From an uncultured Actinomycetota bacterium (lineage in GTDB: Bacteria; Actinomycetota; Actinomycetes; Mycobacteriales; Micromonosporaceae): a DNA stretch of 64,000 nucleotides. The translations under genes were made by a program, and so were the position numbers. This document shows, piece after piece, positions 1 to 8,674 of the stretch; within the stretch, counting starts at the first letter, position 1, and each line of letters opens with the position of its first letter. Where the stretch lies: assembly GCA_963794685.1 (NCBI GenBank), contig CAWCFK010000013.1, positions 139,678 through 203,677 on the forward strand, in the 5' to 3' direction. Below the pieces are notes generated by a model. That model did no database searches, was not told the DNA's origin, and saw only the letters and a list, made by a program, of their open reading frames with translations.

Positions 1-668
1 CTGTTCACACCCCACTCACAAATGCTGTACACGATCGGCCGACCAGTCGCCGCCAACGCATCCCGCATCGCCGTATACCGGCTGATGTACTGCTGCGTCG
101 TCGAACTGCCGTTGTTGTAACAGTTGTCGTACTTGAGGTAGTCGACGCCCCAGGAGGCGAACGACCGCGCATCCTGCGTCTCGTGCCCCAGGCTGCCCGG
201 ATAACCGGCACACGTCGACGTACCCGCATCCTCGTAGATGCCCAACTTCAGGCCCTTCGAATGCACATACGCCGCCGTACCGGAAATCCCGTCCGGGAAC
301 TTACCGAAATCCGGCTGCAGATTCCCCGCCGAATCACGACTGTGCTGCAACCAACAGTCATCGATATTCACATACTGATAGCCCGCCCCAGCCAGACCAG
401 ACGACACGATCTTGTCAGCCGTCTGCTTCACCAGGGTCTCGGACACATTGCAGCCATAAGCATTCCAGTCATTCCAGCCCATCGGCGGAGTCAACGCCAG
501 GCCGTTGCTCAGCGCGTGCGCCGGCAGCAGCGCGCGTCCGGCGACGAACCACAGCGCGGCCGCGGTGAGTAGCGCCAGTACCAGCAGGCGCGCGAGGTGC
601 TGGCGGGCGCCGTGCCGGGTACGGCCGCTGGGGGCACGCAGCCGGGAAAGTCCGATGTTACCGCTCAC
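1..668 (-). CDS. alpha-galactosidase, GH27 family, N-terminal portion (3' end lies beyond the window start)
   Basis: Minus-strand reading from GTG (complement of 666-668, GGAGG 5 nt upstream) gives [74 protein letters not shown]. From LSNG onward the DNA is near-identical to the complete GH27 gene at 43442-45106. It is absent from the ORF track because it runs off the edge. Confidence 0.85.
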   Translation of the reverse strand, partial: MSGNIGLSRLRAPSGRTRHGARQHLARLLVLALLTAAALWFVAGRALLPAHALSNGLALTPPMGWNDWNAYGCNVSETLVKQTADKIVSSGLAGAGYQYVNIDDCWLQHSRDSAGNLQPDFGKFPDGISGTAAYVHSKGLKLGIYEDAGTSTCAGYPGSLGHETQDARSFASWGVDYLKYDNCYNNGSSTTQQYISRYTAMRDALAATGRPIVYSICEWGVN

Positions 669-669
669 A
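656..669. promoter_or_regulatory. LacI-type operator TGTTACCGCTCACA overlapping the GH27 start codon
   Basis: 14-bp near-palindrome with a central CG. The same motif class recurs upstream of five other secreted hydrolase genes in this window. Confidence 0.5.
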
Positions 670-792
670 TTTTCCTCCAGAAGAGGCTGATCCCGCCGAC
701 GAGAAGCGGGGCAACGAGTGGGGCGACGGCCGACGCTTCCGAGGGAGTCGGGACGAGGACTCGGACGGCGGAGCAGCCAGTGATTAGGTAGA

Positions 793-822
793 GTTATATC
801 CCTCAATACGCCCGTTAATCAA
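793..822 (-). promoter_or_regulatory. sigma70-like promoter for the GH27 gene: -35 TTGATT (complement of 817-822), 18-nt spacer, -10 TATAAC (complement of 793-798)
   Basis: An AT-rich patch in otherwise GC-rich DNA, with hexamers read directly on the minus strand about 125 nt upstream of the GTG start. Confidence 0.4.
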
Positions 823-834
823 GACCACCGGCCC

Positions 835-848
835 TGTGAGCGCTCACA
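835..848. promoter_or_regulatory. perfect LacI-type palindrome TGTGAGCGCTCACA just upstream of the GH27 promoter
   Basis: A perfect 14-bp palindrome, identical to the core of the symmetric lac operator. It overlaps the stop codon of the 844-1512 gene. Its centre lies 179 bp from the centre of the 656-669 operator. Confidence 0.55.
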
Positions 849-1512
849 ATCTGACTTCGGTCGGCGCCGCGGGGATGCGGAGCTCGACACAGCAGGCAGC
901 GGCTCCGGGGACCAGATCCGCCTCGACAGCCGTCACCCGCAGCCCGTCTACCAGGCCGGCCAGGAAACGGTGGTTGAGCCCGCACACGAGCGCGGCCTGC
1001 CGGCGGGCGAGGGCATGGAACGGGCAGTTGTGCAGCTGCACCCGACCGTCGGCCAGCAGCGGCTCGAAGCCCAGGTCCGCCAGGACTGCCAGGATGTCCG
1101 CACCGGCCCGGCGCAGCTGCTCGCCGAGCGCCTGACCCCGCTGGTGTGCCAGCCGCATCGCCGCCTGGTCGGCGTGTGCCGGGCTGTCGGCGACGGCGTC
1201 GGCGAGGATCTCGGCGATCAGTTCGTAGCGGCGCTCCGGGATGGTGACACTGAGCCCGTCCGTGACCGCCTCGTACACCTTCGGCGACCGGCCACGGCCA
1301 CGCGGCTGCCCGGCGGGCGGCTGGTAGCGGGCGGCGAGCACCCCCACCTCGACGAGCTTGTCGAGGTGGAAGGCGGCCAGGCCCCGGGACATGCCGGTGG
1401 CGTCGGCGGCCTCCTCCCGCCCCACCGGGCGGTGCTGCCGACGGACGTAGTCGTAGAGCGCTCGGCGTGAGCCATCCACGAGGAGCGCGGCGACATCCCA
1501 GCGGTCCACCAC
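844..1512 (-). CDS. winged-helix (ArsR/HTH_20-like) transcriptional regulator with a C-terminal extension
   Basis: C-terminal 222 codons of the 844-2502 ORF. Sequence: VVDRWDVAALLVDGSRRALYDYVRRQHRPVGREEAADATGMSRGLAAFHLDKLVEVGVLAARYQ... Start taken at GTG 1512. The upstream part of the ORF is a Gly/Arg-rich shadow of folE. Confidence 0.7.
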   Translation of the reverse strand: MVDRWDVAALLVDGSRRALYDYVRRQHRPVGREEAADATGMSRGLAAFHLDKLVEVGVLAARYQPPAGQPRGRGRSPKVYEAVTDGLSVTIPERRYELIAEILADAVADSPAHADQAAMRLAHQRGQALGEQLRRAGADILAVLADLGFEPLLADGRVQLHNCPFHALARRQAALVCGLNHRFLAGLVDGLRVTAVEADLVPGAAACCVELRIPAAPTEVRL

Positions 1513-1638
1513 GCCGCCCAGGTTATCACCAACGACCGCTATTGAAATTAGCGGCCGCGGCGGGCAGAATGGTTTTACGCCAACACCCGTTAGTGGAAAT
1601 CTGCCGGCGCCGCCCGGTGGCGCGGAGAGGAGTACCCC

Positions 1639-2241
1639 TTGACGGTCCATGCCCTGCGCATCGGCCGGCAGGCACCGGGCCGGGACCTGGCCGCCGCGGA
1701 GGAGGCCGCCGCCGCGTTCCTCACCGCGCTCGGCATCGACCTGGACACCGACAGCCTTGCCGACACCCCGGGCCGGATGGCCCGCGCCTACGCCGAACTG
1801 CTCACCCCGCGCGACTTCCAGCCCACCACGTTCCCCAACGACGAGGGGTACGACGAACTGGTGCTCGCCCGGTCCATCCCGATCCGGTCGGTGTGCGAGC
1901 ACCACCTGCTGCCGTTCGTCGGCGTCGCGCACGTCGGCTACCTGCCCGGCGAGCGGATCCTCGGGCTGTCCAAGCTGGCCCGGGTGGTGGAGCTGTTCGC
2001 CCACCGGCCGCAGGTGCAGGAGCGGCTCACCAAGCAGGTCGCCGACTGGCTGCACAACCAGCTGCGGCCCAAGGGCGTCGGCGTGGTCATCGAGGCCGAA
2101 CACCTGTGCATGACGCTGCGCGGCGTCCAGGCCACCGGCGCCCGCACCATCACCTCCACCCTGCTCGGCGCGCTGCGCGACGACGCCCGCTCGCGCGCCG
2201 AATTCCTCACCGTCGCCGGCGCCGGCTTCACCCCCCGCTGA
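1639..2241 (+). CDS. folE: GTP cyclohydrolase I
   Basis: TTG start preceded by GGAGAGGAG. Motifs DTPGRMARAY, SVCEHHLLPF, HRPQVQERLT and EAEHLCMTLRGV are typical of FolE. Confidence 0.93.
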   Translation: MTVHALRIGRQAPGRDLAAAEEAAAAFLTALGIDLDTDSLADTPGRMARAYAELLTPRDFQPTTFPNDEGYDELVLARSIPIRSVCEHHLLPFVGVAHVGYLPGERILGLSKLARVVELFAHRPQVQERLTKQVADWLHNQLRPKGVGVVIEAEHLCMTLRGVQATGARTITSTLLGALRDDARSRAEFLTVAGAGFTPR

Positions 2242-2292
2242 AGCGCCCCACCAGCCCCACCCAGTGCCGGACCGTCCACAAGGGAGACTGCT

Positions 2293-3527
2293 GTGCCCAC
2301 GTTCGTCATCGTCGGCGCCGGCCTGGCCGGTGCCAAGGCCGCCGAGACGCTCCGCGCCGAAGGCTTCGACGGCGACATCGTGCTGATCGGTGCCGAGCCG
2401 GAGCGCCCCTACGAGCGGCCGCCGCTGTCCAAGGGGCTGCTGCTGGGCGCCGCCAGCCGGGACTCCGCCTTCGTGCACGAACCCGACTGGTACGCCGGGC
2501 ACGACGTCGAGCTGCGTACCGACACCGTGGTGGAGTCCCTCGACCGGCGACGCCGGCAGCTCGACCCTGGCCGGCGGCGAGCAGCTCGGCTACGACCGCG
2601 CTGCTGCTGGCCACCGGCGCCCGGCCGCGCACCCTCCCGGTGCCGGGCGCCGACCTGGACGGCGTGCTGTACCTGCGTACCCTCGCCGACAGCGACCGGC
2701 TGGCCGAGGCCGCCGTCGGCGGGCGCCCGGCTGGTCATCATCGGCGCCGGCTGGATCGGGCTGGAGGTCGCCGCGGCCGCCCGGCAGCGCGGCGCCAGCG
2801 TGACTGTCGTGGAGCACGCCGACGCTGCCGCTGCAGCGGGTCCTCGGCGACCGGATCGCCGCCGTCTTCGCCGACCTGCACCGCGAGCACGGCGTCGAGT
2901 TCCACTTCGGTACCCAGGTGGTCGCGGTTCACCGGCGACCGCCGGGTGTCCCAGGTGGTGCTGACCGACGGCACCGTCCTGCCGGCCGACTCGGTGCTCG
3001 TCGCCGTCGGCGTCCGCCCCAACCTGGAACTGGCCGAGCAGGCCGGCCTGGCCGTGGGCAACGGCGTCCTGGTGGACGCCTGGCTGCGCAGCAGCGACCC
3101 GGACATCTTCGCCGCCGGTGACCTGGCCGCCGTCGACCATCCGCTGCTCGGCGCCCGGGTCCGGGTCGAGCACTGGGCCACCGCGCTGCACACCGGCCCG
3201 GCGGCCGCCCGCTCCATGCTCGGCCAGCTGGTCAGCTACGACCGGCTGCCCTACTTCTACACCGACCAGTACGACCTGGGCATGGAGTACACCGGCTGGG
3301 TCGCGCCCGGCGCGGCCCCCCGGGTGGTGCTGCGCGGCGAGCTGGCCAAGCGGGAGTTCCTCGCCTTCTGGACGGTCGACGGGCGGGTGGTCGCCGGCAT
3401 GAACGTCAACGTCTGGGACGTGTCCGATCCGATCCGCGCCCTGGTGCACGCCGGGCTCACCGGCCGCACGGTCGATGCGGCGCAGCTGGCCGATCCGGCG
3501 ATCCCGCTGGCCGACCTCGTGTCGTGA
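2293..3527 (+). pseudogene. ferredoxin/rubredoxin-reductase-type FAD-dependent pyridine-nucleotide oxidoreductase, frame broken 5 times
   Basis: Starts MPTFVIVGAGLAGAKAAETLRAEGFDGDIVLIG and ends ...EHWATALHTGPAAARSMLG...DQYDLGMEYTGW. Conserved pieces (TLAGGEQLGYDR, LLLATGARPRTLPVPGADLDGVLYLRTL, ARLVIIGAGWIGLEVAAAARQRGASVTVVE, LPLQRVLGDRIAAVFADLHREHGVEFHFGT, FTGDRRVSQVVLTDG) sit in successive +1 frames. The switches lie near 2560, 2600, 2721, 2824 and 2926. Confidence 0.8.
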
Positions 3528-3576
3528 CGCCGGCCCGGCCCGCCCCCGGGCAGGCGCCGCCGCGTCGTCCGGCAGG

Positions 3577-4752
3577 TCAGGCCAGCGAGCTGCGTACCGC
3601 ATCGACCAGCGACGCTGCGCGGACGTCGTTGGGAGCGTCCTCGACGATGTGGTTCATCACGTAGCCGAACGCGATCCGGTGTTCGGGGTCGGCGAAGCCC
3701 AGCGAGCCGCCCCGGCCGGCGTGGCCGAAGGCGTTCGGGCCGGTCATCGGGGCGGCCTCGGTGGGCAGTGCGTATCCGGTGCTGAACCGGCTGGGCACCA
3801 GCAGCACCCGGTCGACGCCGACGGACTGCTCGGTGGTCGCGGCCGCCAGGGTTGCCGGGGTGAACAGGCGCACGCCGTCCACCTCACCGATCAGCGCCGC
3901 GTACATGCGGGCCACCGCGCGCGCCGTACCGATGCCGTTGCTGGCCGGGATCTCCGCGGCCTGCACCGCTGCCGAGTTGAAGTCGATCCCGGCCGGATCG
4001 GTGAGCGCGAACGCCCGGTTGACCAACGAGTCCGGGTCGCGCAGGGCAGCTACCAGTTCCCGGAACTGCTCGGGTATCCACTTGAGCGGCACGGCAGCGA
4101 GGTCGACAGCGGGCGGCTTGTCCACCATCCGGCTGACCCGGCCACGCTCGCCGGCCGGCAGCCCGATGAAGAAGTCCAGCCCGAGTGGAGCGGCGATCTC
4201 CTCGGCGAAGAACCGGCCGGGAGTACGCCCCGACACCCGGCGGATCACCTCGCCGACCAGCCAGCCGAAGGTGCGGCCGTGGTAACCGTGCGCGGTCCCC
4301 GGCGGCCAGGCTGGTCGCTGTGCGGCGAGTGCGGCCACCATCGGCTGCCAGGCCAACGCCTGGGCCAGTGGTACCGGGTCGTCCAGCGCGACCACGCCCG
4401 CCCGGTGGGACAACAGCCAGCGCACCGGGATGTCGGCCTTGCCGTTCGCGGCGAACTCCGGCCAGTACCCGGCCACCGGCGCGTCCAGGTCCAGCGCGCC
4501 GCGCTGGGCCAGCAGGTGCGCCACGGTCGCGGTCGCCCCCTTGGTCGCCGAGTAGACCAGCTGAAGGGTGTCCCGCGCCCACGGCCGGTGCTCGTCGGGG
4601 TCCGCGACGCCACCCCACAGGTCCACCACCGGGCGGCCGTCCCGGTACACGCAGACCGCCGCGCCGATGTCCCCGTGCCGGGCGAAGTTTGCGGCGAACG
4701 CCTTCCGCACAGGCTCGAACCCGGCCGCCACGTCACCGTGAATCGTCGTCAC
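3577..4752 (-). CDS. serine hydrolase, beta-lactamase/esterase (class C-like) family
   Basis: 391 aa and intact. S-x-x-K motif in VYSATKGAT. Overall EstB/AmpC-like layout. Confidence 0.88.
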   Translation of the reverse strand: MTTIHGDVAAGFEPVRKAFAANFARHGDIGAAVCVYRDGRPVVDLWGGVADPDEHRPWARDTLQLVYSATKGATATVAHLLAQRGALDLDAPVAGYWPEFAANGKADIPVRWLLSHRAGVVALDDPVPLAQALAWQPMVAALAAQRPAWPPGTAHGYHGRTFGWLVGEVIRRVSGRTPGRFFAEEIAAPLGLDFFIGLPAGERGRVSRMVDKPPAVDLAAVPLKWIPEQFRELVAALRDPDSLVNRAFALTDPAGIDFNSAAVQAAEIPASNGIGTARAVARMYAALIGEVDGVRLFTPATLAAATTEQSVGVDRVLLVPSRFSTGYALPTEAAPMTGPNAFGHAGRGGSLGFADPEHRIAFGYVMNHIVEDAPNDVRAASLVDAVRSSLA

Positions 4753-4863
4753 CGGACCATCGTGGATCAGCCCACACCACCGGCACCACCCGACGAGGGG
4801 GGCCGGTATGCCACAGTCGCGCGCAGCGAGCCCGGCCGCGTTGCTCGACGCCGTGCGTGCTGG

Positions 4864-5817
4864 TCAGACGTGCCCGTGCCTGCGGTGGGCGGCCAGCAGG
4901 TCCTCGCCGAAGTCCCCGGACGGCCGGCGCAGCACGGTGTGGCAGTGGTTGGCGTCGTTGTCGGTGTTGTCGTACTCGATGAGCAGATCCGGTCCCTGCA
5001 CGCGGTAGTAGTGCCCGCCGGCCGTTCCGCTGGTGCCTTCCCAGGCGAAGTGCAGCTCGGCACCGGCCAGACCGGCGGCCAGGCCGGCCGCCAGCTCCGC
5101 CGGGATCCGGCGCAGGTACAGCGAGACCAGCTCGTCCAGCAGGGCGCGGGGTCCGGCCGCCAGCTGGCCGGCCGCGACGCCGACCGGCTCGATCGGTACC
5201 CGCACCGAGGCGCTGGGGCCGCTGCGGATGTCGGGCGGCGCCACGTCGCCGACCACGGCGACCGCCCGCAGCCGCGGGCCCATCGACTCCAGCAGCTGCA
5301 CCGCCAGCTCCTCCTCGGCCGCCAGCGGCGCCAGCACGGTGAAGCGACCGTCGGTGATCCGCGCCGGGTTGGCGCCCAGGAACACCGGAGCCGGCGACAC
5401 CACGCCGTCCACCACGGTCATGCTGACCGACAGGTGGTGCCCCTCGAAGCGCCAGGACCAGGCGGTGTCGGCGGCCGGATCGCCGTAGACCACCGCCCGG
5501 TAGTCGTTGCTGTGCCGGCCGCGGGCCCAGCCCTCCTGCCGGTCGAGGACCTCCTCCAGCGCCGTGACCGCCATCGCCTGCGCGTAGGCGTGTGGGCTCA
5601 GGCCGGTGGCCAGCAGCCGGTGGGCGGCCTTGCGGGCGGCCGGGTCGAGGTCGGCCAGGCAGACGCCGGGGCGCGGGCGGGGCCGGTACTCCAGCCAGCG
5701 GCGCGCCCGGTCGGCAGCCGGCCGCTGGGCCAGCTCGCGCTGGCCGTCGGTGAGGCCGGTCAGGAATCCGACGGCGGCCAGGCGCATGCGCTCGGCCAGG
5801 GGTGCGCTCGTCACCAC
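4864..5817 (-). CDS. DUF3500-family protein
   Basis: Motifs WRFEGHHLS, HYYRVQGPDLLIEYDNTDNDANHCHTV. Start set at GTG 5817 (VVTSAPLAERM...). The ORF-track start at 5922 adds a Pro/Gly-rich extension that is unlikely to be coding. Confidence 0.75.
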   Translation of the reverse strand: MVTSAPLAERMRLAAVGFLTGLTDGQRELAQRPAADRARRWLEYRPRPRPGVCLADLDPAARKAAHRLLATGLSPHAYAQAMAVTALEEVLDRQEGWARGRHSNDYRAVVYGDPAADTAWSWRFEGHHLSVSMTVVDGVVSPAPVFLGANPARITDGRFTVLAPLAAEEELAVQLLESMGPRLRAVAVVGDVAPPDIRSGPSASVRVPIEPVGVAAGQLAAGPRALLDELVSLYLRRIPAELAAGLAAGLAGAELHFAWEGTSGTAGGHYYRVQGPDLLIEYDNTDNDANHCHTVLRRPSGDFGEDLLAAHRRHGHV

Positions 5818-5940
5818 TCGTGTATACCCCGGATCCGGTCGGCCCGATCCCGGACCCGCCGACCACGGCCGGCCGTGCGGGTCCGGGTCGGGTCTGTGGC
5901 CGGGCGACGGCGCGCGCGGCACCGGACCACGGGCCGGCGC

Positions 5941-6708
5941 TCAGGCCTGGGCGTACTCGTCGTGGCGGCGCCACCAGAAGCCGTTCTCGTTGCGGCCCAA
6001 CGGGGCCCGGTCGAGCCACTGGTACATGCCCCACAGCGCGTCGAGGCCGCGCTCGTAGGTGGAGTACGTGTGGTAGACCACGCCGTCGTCCTTGACGAAG
6101 GCGCTCATGCCCGGGCCCTCCCGCCGGTACGTGGGCCAGTCGGCCCCGACCGTGGCGGCGATGGCGTTGAGGAACGGCAGTTCGGCGCCGGACTGCGAGG
6201 GGCGCAGGTCCCTGCTGCGGTAGTTGTAGTCGACGCTGCCGGACTGCCACTCCTGCGGCGTGTGGCTGGCGTGGAAGTCGTAGTTGAAGTCGCTGCGCGA
6301 CGACGACGCCCACGGGAAGCTCCACCCCATCCGCTGCTTGTAGGCCTGCAGCTGGGGCAGGGGTGCGCGGGACACCGCGGTGAACGCCACATCGTGGTTG
6401 CGCAGGTGCACGTGCGTACCGTTGAAGCCGTCGGCGATCGCCGAGCAGGACGGGCAGCCGGCGGCGTAGTCGGGGCCGAACATGAAGTGGTAGACGAGCA
6501 GCTGCGACCGTCCACCGAACAGCTCGGCCAGCGTGGCGCTGCCGTCGTCGGTGTCGAACCGGTACTCCTTGTCCAGGCGTACCCACGGCAGTTCCCGGCG
6601 CTGCCGGGCCACCTCGTCGCCGCGGCGGGTCAGCTCCTTCTCCGCCGCCAGCAGCTCCAGCCGGGCGGCCAGCCACTCGTCACGGGTGGCGGTCGGGTGT
6701 GCGGTCAT
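5941..6708 (-). CDS. DUF899 thioredoxin-like protein
   Basis: 255 aa. CPSC motif (AAGCPSCSAIADGF), YHFMFGPD, and a C-terminal WWRRHDEY typical of DUF899. Confidence 0.85.
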   Translation of the reverse strand: MTAHPTATRDEWLAARLELLAAEKELTRRGDEVARQRRELPWVRLDKEYRFDTDDGSATLAELFGGRSQLLVYHFMFGPDYAAGCPSCSAIADGFNGTHVHLRNHDVAFTAVSRAPLPQLQAYKQRMGWSFPWASSSRSDFNYDFHASHTPQEWQSGSVDYNYRSRDLRPSQSGAELPFLNAIAATVGADWPTYRREGPGMSAFVKDDGVVYHTYSTYERGLDALWGMYQWLDRAPLGRNENGFWWRRHDEYAQA

Positions 6709-6720
6709 GACCTGTCTCCT

Positions 6721-7386
6721 TCACATCGATGGGGTGAGGCCCGGTACCCAGTCCGGCGCGAGCAGGATGAGCACGCCGAGGCCGATGACGGCCAGGGCGA
6801 CCGGGATGTCGGTGCCGCGCCTGGGCGGCAGCAGTTTCTGGGCGAGGTTGAGGTAGGTGAGCACGGCCATCCAGCCGATGCTCAGCACGCCGAGCGCCAC
6901 CAGCAGCGTGGTCAGGCCGAGCCCTGAGCCGAGGCAGCACAGCCCGAAGCGCACCCCGGAGTGCGCGCCGCCCTGGCAGCAGCGGCGCAGGTGGCGCTTG
7001 GCGGGGGTGAGTTCGTAGCCACCGGCGCAGATGGCCAGCACCCCGGCCACGGTGGTGCTGTGCGGGCGGTAGCAGGCGTACACGGCGACTCCGACGAGGA
7101 CCCAGATGGCCAGGTAGCCGGCGAGGAAGGCCGGCCCGGCCCGCAGCCGTCCGGTCTGTTCGACCCGCCGCGCCACTGCGGGCGCCGCACCGGGCAGCAT
7201 CATCGCGGCCATCATGGCGGCCCACCCGGCGAGGAACCCGGGCAGCGGGCCGAGCCGGGTGGCCACGCCCATGTCCATCCCGCCCATCCGGCGCAGGGCG
7301 ACCAGCCAGCAGGCGGCGGCCACGCCCAGGGTCACCGCGACGGCGGTGGTACGGGGCCGCGGTCGCACCCGCGCAACGGTGGTCAT
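6721..7386 (-). CDS. DUF2182 predicted metal-binding integral membrane protein
   Basis: 221 aa with multiple hydrophobic spans. Motifs WAAMMAAMMLP and a Cys-rich loop KRHLRRCCQGG...GLCCLGS. Confidence 0.8.
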   Translation of the reverse strand: MTTVARVRPRPRTTAVAVTLGVAAACWLVALRRMGGMDMGVATRLGPLPGFLAGWAAMMAAMMLPGAAPAVARRVEQTGRLRAGPAFLAGYLAIWVLVGVAVYACYRPHSTTVAGVLAICAGGYELTPAKRHLRRCCQGGAHSGVRFGLCCLGSGLGLTTLLVALGVLSIGWMAVLTYLNLAQKLLPPRRGTDIPVALAVIGLGVLILLAPDWVPGLTPSM

Positions 7387-7429
7387 GGTGGGTCTCCTGT
7401 CCGTTCGGGACGTTCGACAGCGCCGCGTT

Positions 7430-7762
7430 TCAGGAGTCCAGGTGGCGCAGCAGCGCGTCCAGGCTGGCGTCCCAGTCGCGGGCCAGGGCGGCGAGGAACT
7501 GCTGGGCCACCTGGATCGGCCCGGACTGCAGCCGGTAACGCACCCGGCGGCGCTCGCCGGGCTCGGCGACGACCAGGCCGGCGTCGGTCAGCAGCGCGAG
7601 GTGCTTGGCGATGGCCTGCCGGGTGATCGGCAGGCGGGCCGCGAGTTCGGTCGCGGTGACCGGCCCGTGCGAGGCGAGCGCGGCGAGGATGGCCCGCCGG
7701 CTGGGATCGGCCAGGGCGGCGAAGACCTCCTCGGCGACCGCCTCCGGGTCACGCCCGGGCAT
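7430..7762 (-). CDS. ArsR/SmtB-family transcriptional regulator
   Basis: Sequence FAALADPSRRAILAALASHGPVTATELAARLPITRQAIAKHLALLTDAGLV. The ATG at 7762 overlaps the stop of the upstream SRPBCC gene. Confidence 0.85.
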   Translation of the reverse strand: MPGRDPEAVAEEVFAALADPSRRAILAALASHGPVTATELAARLPITRQAIAKHLALLTDAGLVVAEPGERRRVRYRLQSGPIQVAQQFLAALARDWDASLDALLRHLDS

Positions 7763-8183
7763 CGAGGTATTCGACGAGCTCGTCCAGCTCGCTCTGCCAG
7801 CCCTTGACATTGCCGTTGTACGCCCCGGGGTACGCCTCGTCGGGCACCTGCGCGAAGCCGGACTCGACCACGGTGAGCCGGGTGCCCGAACCCTCCGGTT
7901 CGAGAGTGAACTCGACGTAGGTACGTCGGGGGTCGTCGGCCGGCAGGCCGGAGATGCCCCAGGTGTAGCCGAAGACGTGCGGCTCGTCGAGGCGCTCGAT
8001 GCGCAGGTCGACGGTGCCGTGGCCGTCGAAGGTCAGCTGGGCGACGCCGCCCACCCGCAGGTCGACGGTCGCCTGCTGGCCGAACCAGGTGCCCAGCCCT
8101 TCGGCCGTGGTCAGCGCCTGCCACACCTTGGTCGGCGGGTGGACGACGGTGATGCTGCGCTCGATCCGGTCGGGAAACCCCAT
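7749..8183 (-). CDS. SRPBCC-superfamily (AHSA1/START-like) protein
   Basis: 144 aa from ATG 8183 (GGAGG upstream): MGFPDRIERSITVVHPPTKVWQALTTAEGLGTWF... This is the classic partner of ArsR regulators. Confidence 0.85.
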   Translation of the reverse strand: MGFPDRIERSITVVHPPTKVWQALTTAEGLGTWFGQQATVDLRVGGVAQLTFDGHGTVDLRIERLDEPHVFGYTWGISGLPADDPRRTYVEFTLEPEGSGTRLTVVESGFAQVPDEAYPGAYNGNVKGWQSELDELVEYLDARA

Positions 8184-8199
8184 GACACACCTCCATGTA

Positions 8200-8243
8200 G
8201 CAACCATCTGGTTGCCACAACCGTATGGCAACCATCCGGTTGC
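8200..8243. promoter_or_regulatory. two 16-bp inverted repeats, GCAACCATCTGGTTGC (8200-8215) and GCAACCATCCGGTTGC (8228-8243); candidate ArsR operators
   Basis: Read directly. They begin 17 nt upstream of the SRPBCC-ArsR operon start. Centre-to-centre spacing is 28 bp. Confidence 0.55.
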
Positions 8244-8244
8244 G

Positions 8245-8526
8245 TCAAGCACGTCGAGGCAGTTCCGAACGGGTTTCCGCACCGGACCCCGGCCGTCCGG
8301 TCGGCTCACCCGGGCGCTCGGCGGGCAGCCGGTAGGCGACTGTGTCCCAGTCCTGCGCCCTGACCCGGCGGACCTGGTCCAGCTCCGGAACGTGGCGGTA
8401 GCCGGCGCGGAGCGCGACGCCGCGCGATGCGGTGTTCGCCGATTGCCCGGCCTCGCCGGGGGGATGTCCGGAGCACGCGACCCGGCCCCAGCCGCCGTCC
8501 CGCCGCTGTCGACCGGGCGGCAGCAT
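8245..8526 (-). pseudogene. possible C-terminal remnant of a RimJ/RimL-type GNAT acetyltransferase
   Basis: ANTASRGVALRAGYRHVPELDQVRRVRAQDWDTVAYRL resembles the N-x-A-S...aGF.heG...D...Y tail of GNATs. No N-terminal domain is visible. Confidence 0.3.
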
Positions 8527-8674
8527 GCGATCCTGGATCGACCATCACGGGCCGGAAGCACCGTCCCAGCCGTCCGGCGCTGACTGCCGGAGGCTGTGCC
8601 CGCCCGGGAGGCACCTGTCCTCCCGGCTTCCCGGCCCCGACCGCCGCAGGCTCTGCCGGGCAGGAGGCGCTGAC

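Noticed and set aside
3475-6927. 1150-aa plus-strand ORF, the second longest in the window
   Set aside because: It runs antisense across four well-supported minus-strand genes (beta-lactamase family, DUF3500, DUF899, DUF2182). Its translation is Arg/Gly/Pro/Ala-rich low-complexity sequence with no motifs. This is a typical shadow ORF of high-GC DNA.
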